A DNA stretch of 64,000 nucleotides from Candidatus Undinarchaeales archaeon. GTDB taxonomy: Archaea; SpSt-1190; JASMDC01. The stretch spans positions 1 through 64,000 of the forward strand of contig JASMDC010000011.1 of assembly GCA_030753015.1 (NCBI GenBank), given 5' to 3'. Position numbers and translations under genes: made by a program. Position 1 is the first letter of the stretch. Every line of letters begins with the position of its first letter. Positions 28,932 through 38,500 of the stretch are shown piece after piece. The notes under the pieces were generated by a model that saw only the letters and a list, made by a program, of their open reading frames with translations, was not told where the DNA came from and did not search any database.

Positions 28932-29326
28932 TCCCTTTATGCCTGGACACGGACCTCTTGGTGGCCATACTTCGCGGCGACCCATCCGCCAGGCATTTTA
29001 TCCTGGGCAATGAAAAAGGGACCCAGCTTGCGACGACGACCGTAAACGCGTTCGAGGTCCTCTTCGGCGCGAACCGGTCGCGAAAGAGGAAGGAGAACCT
29101 CCTTGCCACCAACAGATTGCTCAGCAGGCTTCACATCCTTCCCCTCGACCTCGAAAGCGCGGACGAGGCCGCATCCCTGTTCGCCTCGCTCCACGACAAG
29201 GGGTGCCCGCTAGATCTTCGGGACACGCTCATCGCCGCTATCGCCCTGACGAAGGGCTATGTTCTTGTCACGAGGAATACCAAGCACTTTGACAGGGCGA
29301 AGGAGCTCGGTACCAAGATCTGGTAG
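28928..29326 (+). CDS. vapC: VapC PIN-domain toxin
   Basis: LDTD..V, FEV, DTLIAAIAL..LVTRN.KHF. Confidence 0.9.
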   Translation: MIPLCLDTDLLVAILRGDPSARHFILGNEKGTQLATTTVNAFEVLFGANRSRKRKENLLATNRLLSRLHILPLDLESADEAASLFASLHDKGCPLDLRDTLIAAIALTKGYVLVTRNTKHFDRAKELGTKIW

Positions 29327-29475
29327 CGGTAGTGGGGTGCAGGACGGCGGCAGGTTCACCGTTGAGCTGCGCGGCGAGACGGCGCCGTACCTCAAGGTCA
29401 CCCCCTCCATGGACAGGCTGTCCGATAATTCGTAGATCCTGTCGCTTCAAGGCCTCTGAACCATGTCACAGGAAG

Positions 29476-29566
29476 TGTGCACCCTAACTTCTATGGGGGT
29501 GATATTCAGCACCTGGATGGAAAGAGGCCCTCAAACAAGGTCAATAAAGTTGTGCACCCTAACTTC
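29476..29566. repeat. 16-bp direct repeat TGTGCACCCTAACTTC x2
   Basis: Exact copies at 29476-29491 and 29551-29566; the second ends 4 nt before an ATG. Confidence 0.85.
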
Positions 29567-29570
29567 AGTC

Positions 29571-29780
29571 ATGGTGTACACGGAGATCAAGACGATCAAA
29601 GGACGGCAATACAAGTACCTCCGCAAGTGCGTCCGGATCAACGGCCGTGTAGTTCACAGGACAGTGAAGTACCTGGGCCCTTTGAAACCAAGATACAGAT
29701 CCCAGAAAAAGAAGGCGATCCGATCAGACACTTACAACGGGTTTGAGTCAGAAAGCTCACCTCATTCATGGGTGGGATGA
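29571..29780 (+). CDS. Small basic beta-rich protein, probably truncated by the IS remnant
   Basis: MVYTEIKTIKGRQYKYLRKCVRINGRVVHRTVKYLG resembles N-terminal DNA-binding modules of IS1634-type transposases and related archaeal proteins; last codons lie within the IS left end. Confidence 0.55.
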   Translation: MVYTEIKTIKGRQYKYLRKCVRINGRVVHRTVKYLGPLKPRYRSQKKKAIRSDTYNGFESESSPHSWVG

Positions 29781-30319
29781 ATGACGTGTTTCCCTGAAGG
29801 GAACCAAACCCGAAAGGTAAAAGGACCACATGAATACCGGTATGTCGCCCCCCTTTGGTATTTATTGTTGAACGACCTCCTATTGTCTGGAGGGATGCTC
29901 AAGGGCCTTCAAGCGGTATTAAGAGGCGACGCTCATCTGGAGCGATCAGTGGGATGCCTTCATCGGTCTGCTCCGCAACACGGCTGTAGCGGCCTGGGCG
30001 GAGCTGGTCGAGGTGGGCCCGAGGAACACATCACCGATATGCAGCTCGTGCGGGACATAGTTACCAGGGCGCAGACCCGCGTCCATCGATGCCCGCACTG
30101 CGGGTTCGAGGCGTATCCGGATGTGAACGTCGCAGAGAACATACTCGTAGAAACTAGGGCTGGACGAGCCCGAAGTCACGCCTGTGGAGATCCCGCCTAT
30201 ACTCCCGCCATAGACGGGGGGGGGCAAGCGGAATCGCAGAAGCAGGAACTATACGCGGTGAGCCCATCGGGGCGATATACGCTGGAAGCCCGTGGATTTT
30301 ATCCACGGGAGGATGTCAC
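29747..30319 (+). mobile_element. Internally deleted non-autonomous IS200/IS605-superfamily element
   Basis: Left-end-like AAAGCTCACC..GGTGGGATGAATG; right-end hairpin CCCGTGGAT-TTT-ATCCACGGG followed by AGGATGTCAC (30289-30319); tnpB fragments between; left boundary approximate. Confidence 0.8.
29896..30160 (+). pseudogene. tnpB: tnpB remnant (C-terminal RuvC/Zn-finger fragment, frameshifted)
   Basis: One frame: WDAFIGLL..LVEVGPRNTSPICSSCG*; another frame: RVHRCPHCGFEAYPDVNVAENIL. Confidence 0.85.
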
Positions 30320-30402
30320 GATCGCTCCACAAGCAAGAATGGCACCTTGCCCCGGACATCGAGGGCATGATACAGGATGACCACTTTATCAGTGGGATGA
30401 TG

Positions 30403-31344
30403 TCACAGCCACTCCTGTTTGATGAAGTACACGACCGCCACTGCGGAGAACAACAGGCAGATGAGCATGATGATCCAGAACGCGTGGGGCGTCTGGTCGA
30501 GGGGCAGGGTGACGTTCATCCCGTAGATGCTCGACACGAGGGTGGGGAGCGAGAGGATGATGGTGATGGACGTGAGTATCTTCATCACCGTGTTGAGGTT
30601 GTTCGAGACCACCGATGAGTACGTCTCCATCGTCCCCTGGAGGATGTTCGAGAAGATGTTGGCCATCTCGACGCATTGCTGGTTCTCGACGATGAGGTCG
30701 TCGAGAATATCCTCGTCCTCCTCGTAGAGCTTGACGACCTTGCCCTGGGACAGGCGTGCGAGCACGTTCCCGTTGCCCACGATGCCCGTGCGGAAGTAGA
30801 TGAGGTCCTTCTGCAGCTCCATGAGCTCGATGATCTCCTCGTTCCGGATGGAGCTGAGAAGACCCGTCTCGATGTTCTGCATCTCCCGCTCGATGCTGGC
30901 CAGGTGGCGGAGGTAGGCGACGATAGTGCGTGAGATGACCTGGAGGAGGAACAGCGTCGTCTTTGAGGTGGCGAACGATCGCACCTTGTCCTCCCTGAAC
31001 GAGTGGAGCACCGTCTCGTCCTCGAGGCAGACTGTGATGACGTGCTCCTCCGCGAGGATGATGCCGAGGGGGAGGGTGGACAGCTTGAGCCTGCCGCCTT
31101 CCTTCTCGCTCTTGATGGGGATGCGGATGATGAACAGGCGGCTTCCCGGTTCGATGTCGAGGCGGGAACGCTCGTCGTCGTCGAGGGGGAAGAGCATGTG
31201 GTCCTCTACAGCGGTGGTGTTCCCGAGCACCTTCCCCATCTCATCAGGGGTCGGTCGGACCAGGTCGACCCAGTCGCCGGGCTTGACGTCGTCGACGAGC
31301 TGGAGGGTCTCGTCCGCAGCGTGCTTGCGGTAGATACGCATCAT
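30403..31344 (-). CDS. corA: CorA family Mg2+ transporter
   Basis: DWVDLVRPT, SNNLNTVMKILT, IYGMNV signature, two C-terminal TMs; start approximate. Confidence 0.93.
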   Translation of the reverse strand: MMRIYRKHAADETLQLVDDVKPGDWVDLVRPTPDEMGKVLGNTTAVEDHMLFPLDDDERSRLDIEPGSRLFIIRIPIKSEKEGGRLKLSTLPLGIILAEEHVITVCLEDETVLHSFREDKVRSFATSKTTLFLLQVISRTIVAYLRHLASIEREMQNIETGLLSSIRNEEIIELMELQKDLIYFRTGIVGNGNVLARLSQGKVVKLYEEDEDILDDLIVENQQCVEMANIFSNILQGTMETYSSVVSNNLNTVMKILTSITIILSLPTLVSSIYGMNVTLPLDQTPHAFWIIMLICLLFSAVAVVYFIKQEWL

Positions 31345-31435
31345 GGTAAACGACCCCACCTAGGGCTCGGCGCCCTTTCTGGCGCGGAACATAAGAAAAG
31401 CATTTAACCTTGTCCTTGGCCGGGCAGCAGCGCCT

Positions 31436-31966
31436 TCAGGCCGTCTCCCAGGGCAGTTCTGGGCCTAGGGCGTCGAGGAACCACGCGTTGAGCCGACGCA
31501 CGCGGTCGGTGGCCGTGTGGTCGGAGCCGAGCTCACGGATGAACCGTGCTTCCGCCTCCTCGGGGGTACCGACACGAACGCCGAACACCAGGTTGTCGGC
31601 GAAGGCGACCACCCGCTCCTCCAGGCTCTCGGGCAGATAGTCGCGTACCGGCAGGCCCACCGTGGACGCCTCCTTCCGGTCGATACCGGCGCCGATATGA
31701 ACTAGGGCGATCCGCGCGATGGTCTCGTCCTCGTCGCGGAGAATGCGGTAGCCCTCGAGACAATGATCGATCCCGTGGGAGCGAGACCGGCCGATGTCGT
31801 GGAGCAGGGCGCCCGTCTCCACCAGCGCCACGTCAACAGGATGCCCGCGACCTCTCAGTGTCTCGGCGACCCGGCAGGCCAGCCGTGCCACCGTCCGGGA
31901 ATGGTCGATGACGTGGGCCTCGAGACCTGACGAGGTCAGGAGCTCCTCAGCCCGTTCCCTGGTCAC
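31436..31966 (-). CDS. HD-domain protein (archaeal TIGR00295-like)
   Basis: DHS..V, LLHDIGRS, HIGAGI, EERVVAFADNL. Confidence 0.88.
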   Translation of the reverse strand: MTRERAEELLTSSGLEAHVIDHSRTVARLACRVAETLRGRGHPVDVALVETGALLHDIGRSRSHGIDHCLEGYRILRDEDETIARIALVHIGAGIDRKEASTVGLPVRDYLPESLEERVVAFADNLVFGVRVGTPEEAEARFIRELGSDHTATDRVRRLNAWFLDALGPELPWETA

Positions 31967-32441
31967 CGGCAAGGATGTCCCTCCGCGCCCGGAGCTTCTC
32001 GACCACCGTGTCCAGGGGCTCGAGCTGGATGCGGGTTCCTGCCGCGATGTCCATGAAGCCCATCTCGTTCGGGTACCGGGGGACCACGTGAGCATGGAGG
32101 TGGGGGATGCTCGCTCCCGAGAACACTCCTTGGTTGATACCGATGTTGAAGCCCTTGGGCGTGAACACCTCCTCGAGCAGCTGAACGCTCCGTTCCATGA
32201 GGGTGTAGAACGACCCGCGCTCGTCGGACCGGAGGTCGGCCAGGGTCTCGACATGCCGCAAGGGGATGATGAGGAGGTGACCGGGATTGTACGGGTAGAT
32301 GTTCAGCACGACCATCGTGTGATCGTTGCGGTACACCTCGTAGTCGGGATCGGCCCCTTCGCGAACAGCACAGAGGATGCATCCCTCTGGCCGCTCCCCG
32401 CGGACGTACTCTCCCTTCCATGGAACGGTGAGATACGTCAT
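31947..32441 (-). CDS. HIT family hydrolase
   Basis: GCILC, LNIYPYNPGHLLI, FNIGINQG..SGASIPHLHAHVVPR. Confidence 0.93.
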   Translation of the reverse strand: MTYLTVPWKGEYVRGERPEGCILCAVREGADPDYEVYRNDHTMVVLNIYPYNPGHLLIIPLRHVETLADLRSDERGSFYTLMERSVQLLEEVFTPKGFNIGINQGVFSGASIPHLHAHVVPRYPNEMGFMDIAAGTRIQLEPLDTVVEKLRARRDILAGDQGTG

Positions 32442-33562
32442 GATGCGTCCTCCAGCTTCAGGACGATCCGTCCCTCGTCCTCCTTGATCTCCACGACCGC
32501 CTTGGCCTCGGGGAGACCGGCCTTGCTCCCCTCCTCCAGTCGCTCCTTGATCTCGTCCCAGCCCAGGCGCCGCCGGGCCGCGAGCAGGTTCGCAAGGATG
32601 TTCTCCACGAGCTGGAGGTTGGCGAAGATGAGGTCGCCGCGTTTGCGGTCCTCCACGGACGAGGCCTTGAACCCATCGAGGAAGCGCTCCTGTTTCGCAA
32701 GCGTCTCTTCCAGCGAGCGAACCTTCGATTGGCGCTTATCCTCGGCCGCCTTCTCGGCCCTGCCACCGGCGTGCTCCGTGTAGTGGTCGTCCAGGGCCTG
32801 GTTGAATGTGTCGAACGTCTCGCGTTCGGTCTCCCCGTCGATCAATAGCTTGAGCGGTGCAGGTCTCCCCCCGGTAGGCGTGTTCGGCGAGAGCTCGCCC
32901 TCGATCGCCTCGAGGAAGGCGGTCAGGAACGGGAACACCTTCCGCGCTACTTCTTCTGTGGTTGGCGCGTCCTTCTCAACGCTCGCGCGCAGGCACACCT
33001 CTTCTGCATACCTCCCACCGAGCCCGACCTCAACGGCCAGAGCGCGGACGAGGTCCCGTTCGGACGCGGCGAGCAGCTGGACGAAACCCTCCTCGTCAAG
33101 ATCGTAGGGATCACTGGAGATGCTTGGCGGATACTCGTAGGACCTCCCGTGGAGCACGTCCCTGTCCCGCCATCGCTGACGGGAGAGGAGACCGATGATG
33201 AGGCCCTCAGGGCCTAGAAGGGCCAGGTTGCCCTTGCTGAAGAGCTCGAGCAGGAGCACGCGTTCTCCAAGGTCGACCTCGACGATGCGATCGAAGCCGT
33301 ACTGACGCACCTCCTTGATAACCTGGCCGCTAAGGTGCTTACGCAGCTGCATGGCGAGGGCCGTCGCCTGGATGGGGGCGCTCCTGCGCGTGACGCTGAG
33401 GTGGACGCTCCTGCCGGGGACCACGACCAGTTCGGCCTGGCCCGTCAGACGGGAGTAGAGGCGGATGCGGACCTCGTCCTCGAACTGGAACACCTTGTCC
33501 ACACGAGCCCCCTCGAGGACCGCCAGCTCCTTGACGACAGCACGCACGTCAGGGCTGCTCAT
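32438..33562 (-). CDS. NFACT/RqcH (Rqc2) N-terminal half, C-terminally truncated
   Basis: AMQLRKHL, QYGFDRI, LELFSKGN, GLGGRYAEEVCLRA, FNQALDDHY, GDLIFAN; ends at 374 aa without NFACT-R. Confidence 0.85.
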   Translation of the reverse strand: MSSPDVRAVVKELAVLEGARVDKVFQFEDEVRIRLYSRLTGQAELVVVPGRSVHLSVTRRSAPIQATALAMQLRKHLSGQVIKEVRQYGFDRIVEVDLGERVLLLELFSKGNLALLGPEGLIIGLLSRQRWRDRDVLHGRSYEYPPSISSDPYDLDEEGFVQLLAASERDLVRALAVEVGLGGRYAEEVCLRASVEKDAPTTEEVARKVFPFLTAFLEAIEGELSPNTPTGGRPAPLKLLIDGETERETFDTFNQALDDHYTEHAGGRAEKAAEDKRQSKVRSLEETLAKQERFLDGFKASSVEDRKRGDLIFANLQLVENILANLLAARRRLGWDEIKERLEEGSKAGLPEAKAVVEIKEDEGRIVLKLEDAS

Positions 33563-34029
33563 CGGCTCTGCCGTGATCTACCACCCCCGATCTTTAGCAT
33601 CCATCCCAGTTCGCGCTCGCCGTACCGTCCCCATGCGTCACCGACGCCCTCCCGCTCATCCTTATGGATGATGAGGGCCATGAGATTTACTGAGACCGCA
33701 GCGAGGACGGTCAGGTCACGGACATCCTTCATGTCAGCGTCCCGGCCAAGGATGCGGAGAGCGCTCACGGCACAAGAGTTCACCTTGCGAAGGATCCCGT
33801 GGTCCTCATCCTGCGGGGACGGCCATGGATTGTGGTCCACCTCGATCCCGAACCGCTCACGGAGATATGAGGGCTCGAACACGCGCTCCACCCGTTCATC
33901 GTCGACGAAGAGCTTGTAGTTCGCGATGGCATCCGATCGTGAGTCGAGCACAGCGATCTCCTCCATCGTGGGAACGCGTCCCTGCTCGAACACGGCACGG
34001 AGGACGTCGTTCGGGCGGATCCGGGGCAT
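33559..34029 (-). CDS. Hypothetical protein
   Basis: First gene of an operon; ATGA overlap with the NFACT gene; TATA-like element upstream. Confidence 0.6.
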   Translation of the reverse strand: MPRIRPNDVLRAVFEQGRVPTMEEIAVLDSRSDAIANYKLFVDDERVERVFEPSYLRERFGIEVDHNPWPSPQDEDHGILRKVNSCAVSALRILGRDADMKDVRDLTVLAAVSVNLMALIIHKDEREGVGDAWGRYGERELGWMLKIGGGRSRQSR

Positions 34030-34084
34030 GGTCGGGAGGAGGGCACACCACTTAAAAAATGTTACCTACGGCAATTGGACTGAA

Positions 34085-34951
34085 ATGCGCGTCGGTGTCG
34101 CCGTCTTCACGACCGCCGAGTTCTCAATGGACGATGTTGTCCAGAGGCTGGACGACATCGAGCGCTTGGGCGTGGGCCATGCCGAGCTGCGGTTCGGTGA
34201 CGTGCCATTGGCGCGTGAGGGCTCACGCTTCAATCCTCGGGCCCTGACAGAGTTCCAGGACATCCTCTCCTCTTACAGCCTAACCCTCTCGGCCCACGCC
34301 GCCATCTACCAGGACGGGTTCCGGCTCAATCCTGCGCACCCGTCTGCGAGCGTACGCCGCAGGAGCCTTGAGCTTCTCCGCCTCTACCTCGACACCTGCG
34401 AACGGCTCGACGCGTCCCCGCTCATCACGCACCTCGGGAAGGTGTTCCCGGACGGAAAGGACGACGAGTGGCTCAAGGGGGGCGAGGCCGTAGCGGAGGC
34501 GAAGCGCACGGTGCCAGCACTGGCACACGATTCATCGGTCCCGCTGGTGATAGAGAACTCGAACGTCGATCCAGTCCGAGTGGCCGTGTTCGAGCGCCCC
34601 GAGGAGGTCGCCGACCTCGAGTTCCCGGTATGTCTGGACATCGGTCACGGATGGGTGTCCTCATCATACCATGGGTTCGAGCCCGAGGAGTTCGTACGGC
34701 TCCTAAAGAAGCGCATCGTCCACCTCCACGTCCACGACAATCTGGGGCGAGTCCATCCCGAAGGGGAGAGCAATCCCGAGGAGGGATGGGGCGACATACA
34801 CCTGCCCATCGGGAAGGGGACATGCCCTGTGGAGCGCTTCCTCAAGGGACTCCGCGGATTCCGTGGCACGGTCGTGCTCGAGCAAGATCCGTTCAATCCA
34901 GAAGACGTACCGCCGGTAGTGCGACGGGTACGACAGCTCCTCGATGGGTGA
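34085..34951 (+). CDS. Sugar phosphate isomerase/epimerase (AP endonuclease 2-like TIM barrel)
   Basis: SAHA, ITHLG, LVIEN, CLDIGHG, HLHVHDN, DIHLPIGKG, VVLE. Confidence 0.88.
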   Translation: MRVGVAVFTTAEFSMDDVVQRLDDIERLGVGHAELRFGDVPLAREGSRFNPRALTEFQDILSSYSLTLSAHAAIYQDGFRLNPAHPSASVRRRSLELLRLYLDTCERLDASPLITHLGKVFPDGKDDEWLKGGEAVAEAKRTVPALAHDSSVPLVIENSNVDPVRVAVFERPEEVADLEFPVCLDIGHGWVSSSYHGFEPEEFVRLLKKRIVHLHVHDNLGRVHPEGESNPEEGWGDIHLPIGKGTCPVERFLKGLRGFRGTVVLEQDPFNPEDVPPVVRRVRQLLDG

Positions 34952-34999
34952 CCGCCGCCCCAGAAACCTTTATCAATCCCACACGTCCCTGCATGCGCT

Positions 35000-35422
35000 A
35001 TGACCGACCCCAATGCCGCCGAAATGCAGCAGCGGCTCTACGAGATCGAGATCCTCAAGGAGAGGGCCCAGCAGATCCAGCTCCAGCTCATGAAGGTCGC
35101 CGAGACGCGTGAGAGCCTCGCGTTGACCAATGATGCGCTCGAGCGGCTCAAGGACCTGAAGAAGGGTAGCGAGGCGCTCATCCCCATCGGCTCGGGCGTG
35201 TACGTCTACACCAAGCTCGAGGATACCAAGAAGGTCATGGTCAACATCGGGGGCGTCGTGGGGAGCAGGAGCATCCCCGACAGCATCACGTTCATCGATA
35301 AACAGCTCGAGAACCTCGAGAAGGGACAGGAAGGCCTGGAGAAGACCTTCAACGAGCTCAACGAGAACCTCCAGCAGCTCAAGCTGAGCATGCAGATGGA
35401 GCAGATCCCGCAGATGATGTGA
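35000..35422 (+). CDS. pfdA: Prefoldin alpha subunit
   Basis: Coiled coil - LIPIGSGVYV..KVMVNIGG - coiled coil. Confidence 0.9.
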   Translation: MTDPNAAEMQQRLYEIEILKERAQQIQLQLMKVAETRESLALTNDALERLKDLKKGSEALIPIGSGVYVYTKLEDTKKVMVNIGGVVGSRSIPDSITFIDKQLENLEKGQEGLEKTFNELNENLQQLKLSMQMEQIPQMM

Positions 35423-35508
35423 TACGACCGCCCCGGTCGTGCGAAGGTTGAACGCGGGATAGCCGGAGAGCGAAAGGTAGTTATTCCAGCACGGCCTCAT
35501 CTTCTAGT

Positions 35509-38500
35509 ATGAGGGGGGGAAGACTAGTTCGTAGGGTATTGGTCGTTCTCCTAATCAATGTACTCATTGCCATCCTGGCCCATGGAGCCGTGGACGACGG
35601 CCTCATAGCGCACTGGACGTTCGACGAAGGCCGCGGCTCGACCGTCAATGATCATAGCGAGTACGGAAACCACGGGACCGTGGACAGAGCGACATGGACT
35701 GCAGGCGTTTCCGGCGACGCCCTGTCCTTCAATGGGGAGAGCAGCAGTGTGCGGGTCTTGGATTCAGACAGCCTGGATGTCACTGTCGGGCTCACCATCG
35801 CTGCGTGGATCAACGCCGTGGCGTTCTTCGGCGAGGGCGACCACAATGGGAATCCCATCGTCACCAAATGGGAAACTACGAGGAACGGCGTCCCCATCGG
35901 ACAGTACCACCTCTCGCTCTACGAAGGGGGAAATATCATCTTCCGGGTGGCCGGGGACACCGAACTCGACGAGCTCGTCGCCGAGCAAGTGGTGGATGTC
36001 GGCGGATGGTCCCATATCGCGGCCTCATGGGATGGGCGCATAATGAGGTTGTACGTGAACGGAAGCGTGGTGGCCGAGAAATCGTCCAAGGTCGCAACCA
36101 TCCAGAACCGTGAGTACGGAGGGGACGACCTCAAGATCGGTCAAGACACGGGAGGGTGGGATCCGCCGGGCTGGTATTTCCATGGGGCCATCGACGACGT
36201 GCGTATCTACGGGAGAGCGCTGACGGCGGATGAGGTGACAGACCTGCACACGATAGTGGAGAGAGATGCGGGGATGGGACCAACTATGCCTAGTTCCTTG
36301 TACGATGGCCTCCCACCCAATGGCCCCCTCGACCTCTCGACTTTTGTAGTCCATTTCGGCGATGATCCAACCCACCCCTGCACGTCCTGGGACAATGAGG
36401 TTTCTCCGTCGCGGATCACGCTCAAATGCGATCACGCTTCAGCCTGGTGGTCGGCAGTGGCCCTGCGGGAGGTGGACGTCAGCGATTACAGTCGGATGCG
36501 GCTGACGGGTACGATCACGTCATCGCCAGCCATCGAGCGGGATTACCATTCGGTGCTAGTGGTCCTCCCGGGACGGGTGACCTGCGAGGACGGGGATAGG
36601 TACTCGCTATGCTCTCTTGACGGCGAGCCCCTGCAAGGCGTCACCGACGGCGTTGGGTGGGGCCGATGGGACGAGGCCGCGATCGCCTACTGCAATGTCC
36701 GCACGAACGAGGCTGACAGGGAGTGCGAGCTCGACGCGGATGTATCTGGACTTGATACGGTCACGATCGTCTATCTGTTCTCCGACGGTTGGATTATCTG
36801 GAGTGATCTGCACGGAACGCTCTCGGACGCGACTATCGAGCTGGTGCCTGAGGCTTTGGACGATAAGGGTAGCGACTGGCCCATGATCCAGCGGAATCCG
36901 GCGCGCACGGGATACACGGATGATGAGGTCCGGCCCCCCCTCAAGCTCGCATGGAGGTACAAGACAAACGAGGTCGTACGCTCCTCCCCTGCCGTCGTTA
37001 ATGGAACCGTGTACGTAGGATCGTTTGACAATCACGTGCATGCGATCGACGCGACCACCGGTGAGTCGATATGGAAGTACCGTACAAAGGACACGATATA
37101 CTCCTCTCCAGCGCTGTCCGACGGCAGTCTCTACATCGGCTCACACGACGGTTATCTCTATTCTTTGGACGCGGCCACAGGAGAGCTCAATTGGAAGTAC
37201 CAGATGGGTTATTTCTTCAACTGGGACAAGGTCCCCGGTGACGATGAGGGCCGGTTCCGTGATTATTTTTCAGGGAACAGGGTAGTCGATTGGGCGGACC
37301 GGGCCAAGATAACGAAAGCCGATGACAAGATGTCCATCACGGTCACATCGGACGGCGACAGCATCACCATATACCTCAATAAAGAACGGTCCGAGGCGAC
37401 CATTACAAGAAAGCAGCCCACGGGGCTTAGCATGTGGAACTTCCCCGTGTCAGTGGTGAACAACGAAACGATCGTGTACTATCCCAATGTCGCTGTCACT
37501 TCATCGCCCGTGGTATATGACGATACGGTGTACATCAACTCGGTCGACTACCTCTATGCCTTGGACGCGGGCACTGGAGGGCTCAGATGGAGGTATGACT
37601 CCGACCATGTGCTCGATGAGTATCCCGCGATCCACGACGGCCTTGTCTTTATTCCCACCACCGATGGACATGTTCACGCGATCGATGCGGATACAGGCGT
37701 TGGGATGTGGAAGAAAAGGCTAGGTAACAGCAGCATCACCTCGGTCTCCGTGATCCGCGGGATCGTGTACGCGGGCTCAAAGGACCATTTCATCTATGCA
37801 CTTGATGCCGCCAATGGGAACCAATTATGGAAATTTGAGACCGGAGGTAAGATCCACTCCGCTCCCGCCATTGATGATGAACGCGTGTTCATCGGATCGG
37901 ACGACGGTTTTGTGCATGCACTGGACGCGTCTACAGGCGAGGAAAGAGCGAGGTACTGGATCGGTATCTGGGTGTATTCGGCCCCTGCAGTATCTGGTGG
38001 GACCGTGTACATATCCTCACTCGATAATTCGATCTATGCCGTGGACATCGAGACAGAGGAGCAAACTTGGAGATACGAAACGGGTGGGAGGATATCATCG
38101 TCCCCTGCCGTCTCCAACGGTATGATCTACGTGGGCTCCGACGATGAGTACTTGTACGCTTTCAGGGGCTGTCGACCGTCCGAAGGCTGCTGTTCCGACG
38201 CCGATTGTGAGCAGGATATGACCTGCACCTCGCGCGAATGCCTTCCCCGCGACTGTGGTGAGCTAGAAACCTGTGGTAACGAGTGCGTCAATCCGACGGC
38301 AGGCCGATGCTGCAAAGACGCGTGGTACCCCGGTGCCGAGTGCTGCGCAAACGATGACTGCGACGCAGGGACGATATGCGTGTCCGGCACGTGCTCACGG
38401 ATGAGCACCTTCACCCCTTCGACCGACAGCCCCTGGCTCCTGGATGTTCTGGACCTCGGTCCGTTCGAGATCATCGATGGTGCGGCAGAGTGGACCGACG

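Noticed and set aside
29781-30380. 199-aa ORF as a functional TnpB
   Set aside because: Only a frameshifted C-terminal fragment matches TnpB; the N-terminal and RuvC-I/II regions are missing.
35424-35441. Hairpin ACGACCG-CCC-CGGTCGT after pfdA as an ncRNA or tRNA fragment
   Set aside because: Short single stem without a U-tract or cloverleaf; at most a weak terminator.
37205-37490. Insertions in the propeller, antiporter and A2M considered as inteins
   Set aside because: No intein signature (N-terminal C/S with C-terminal HN followed by C/S/T) or LAGLIDADG motifs.
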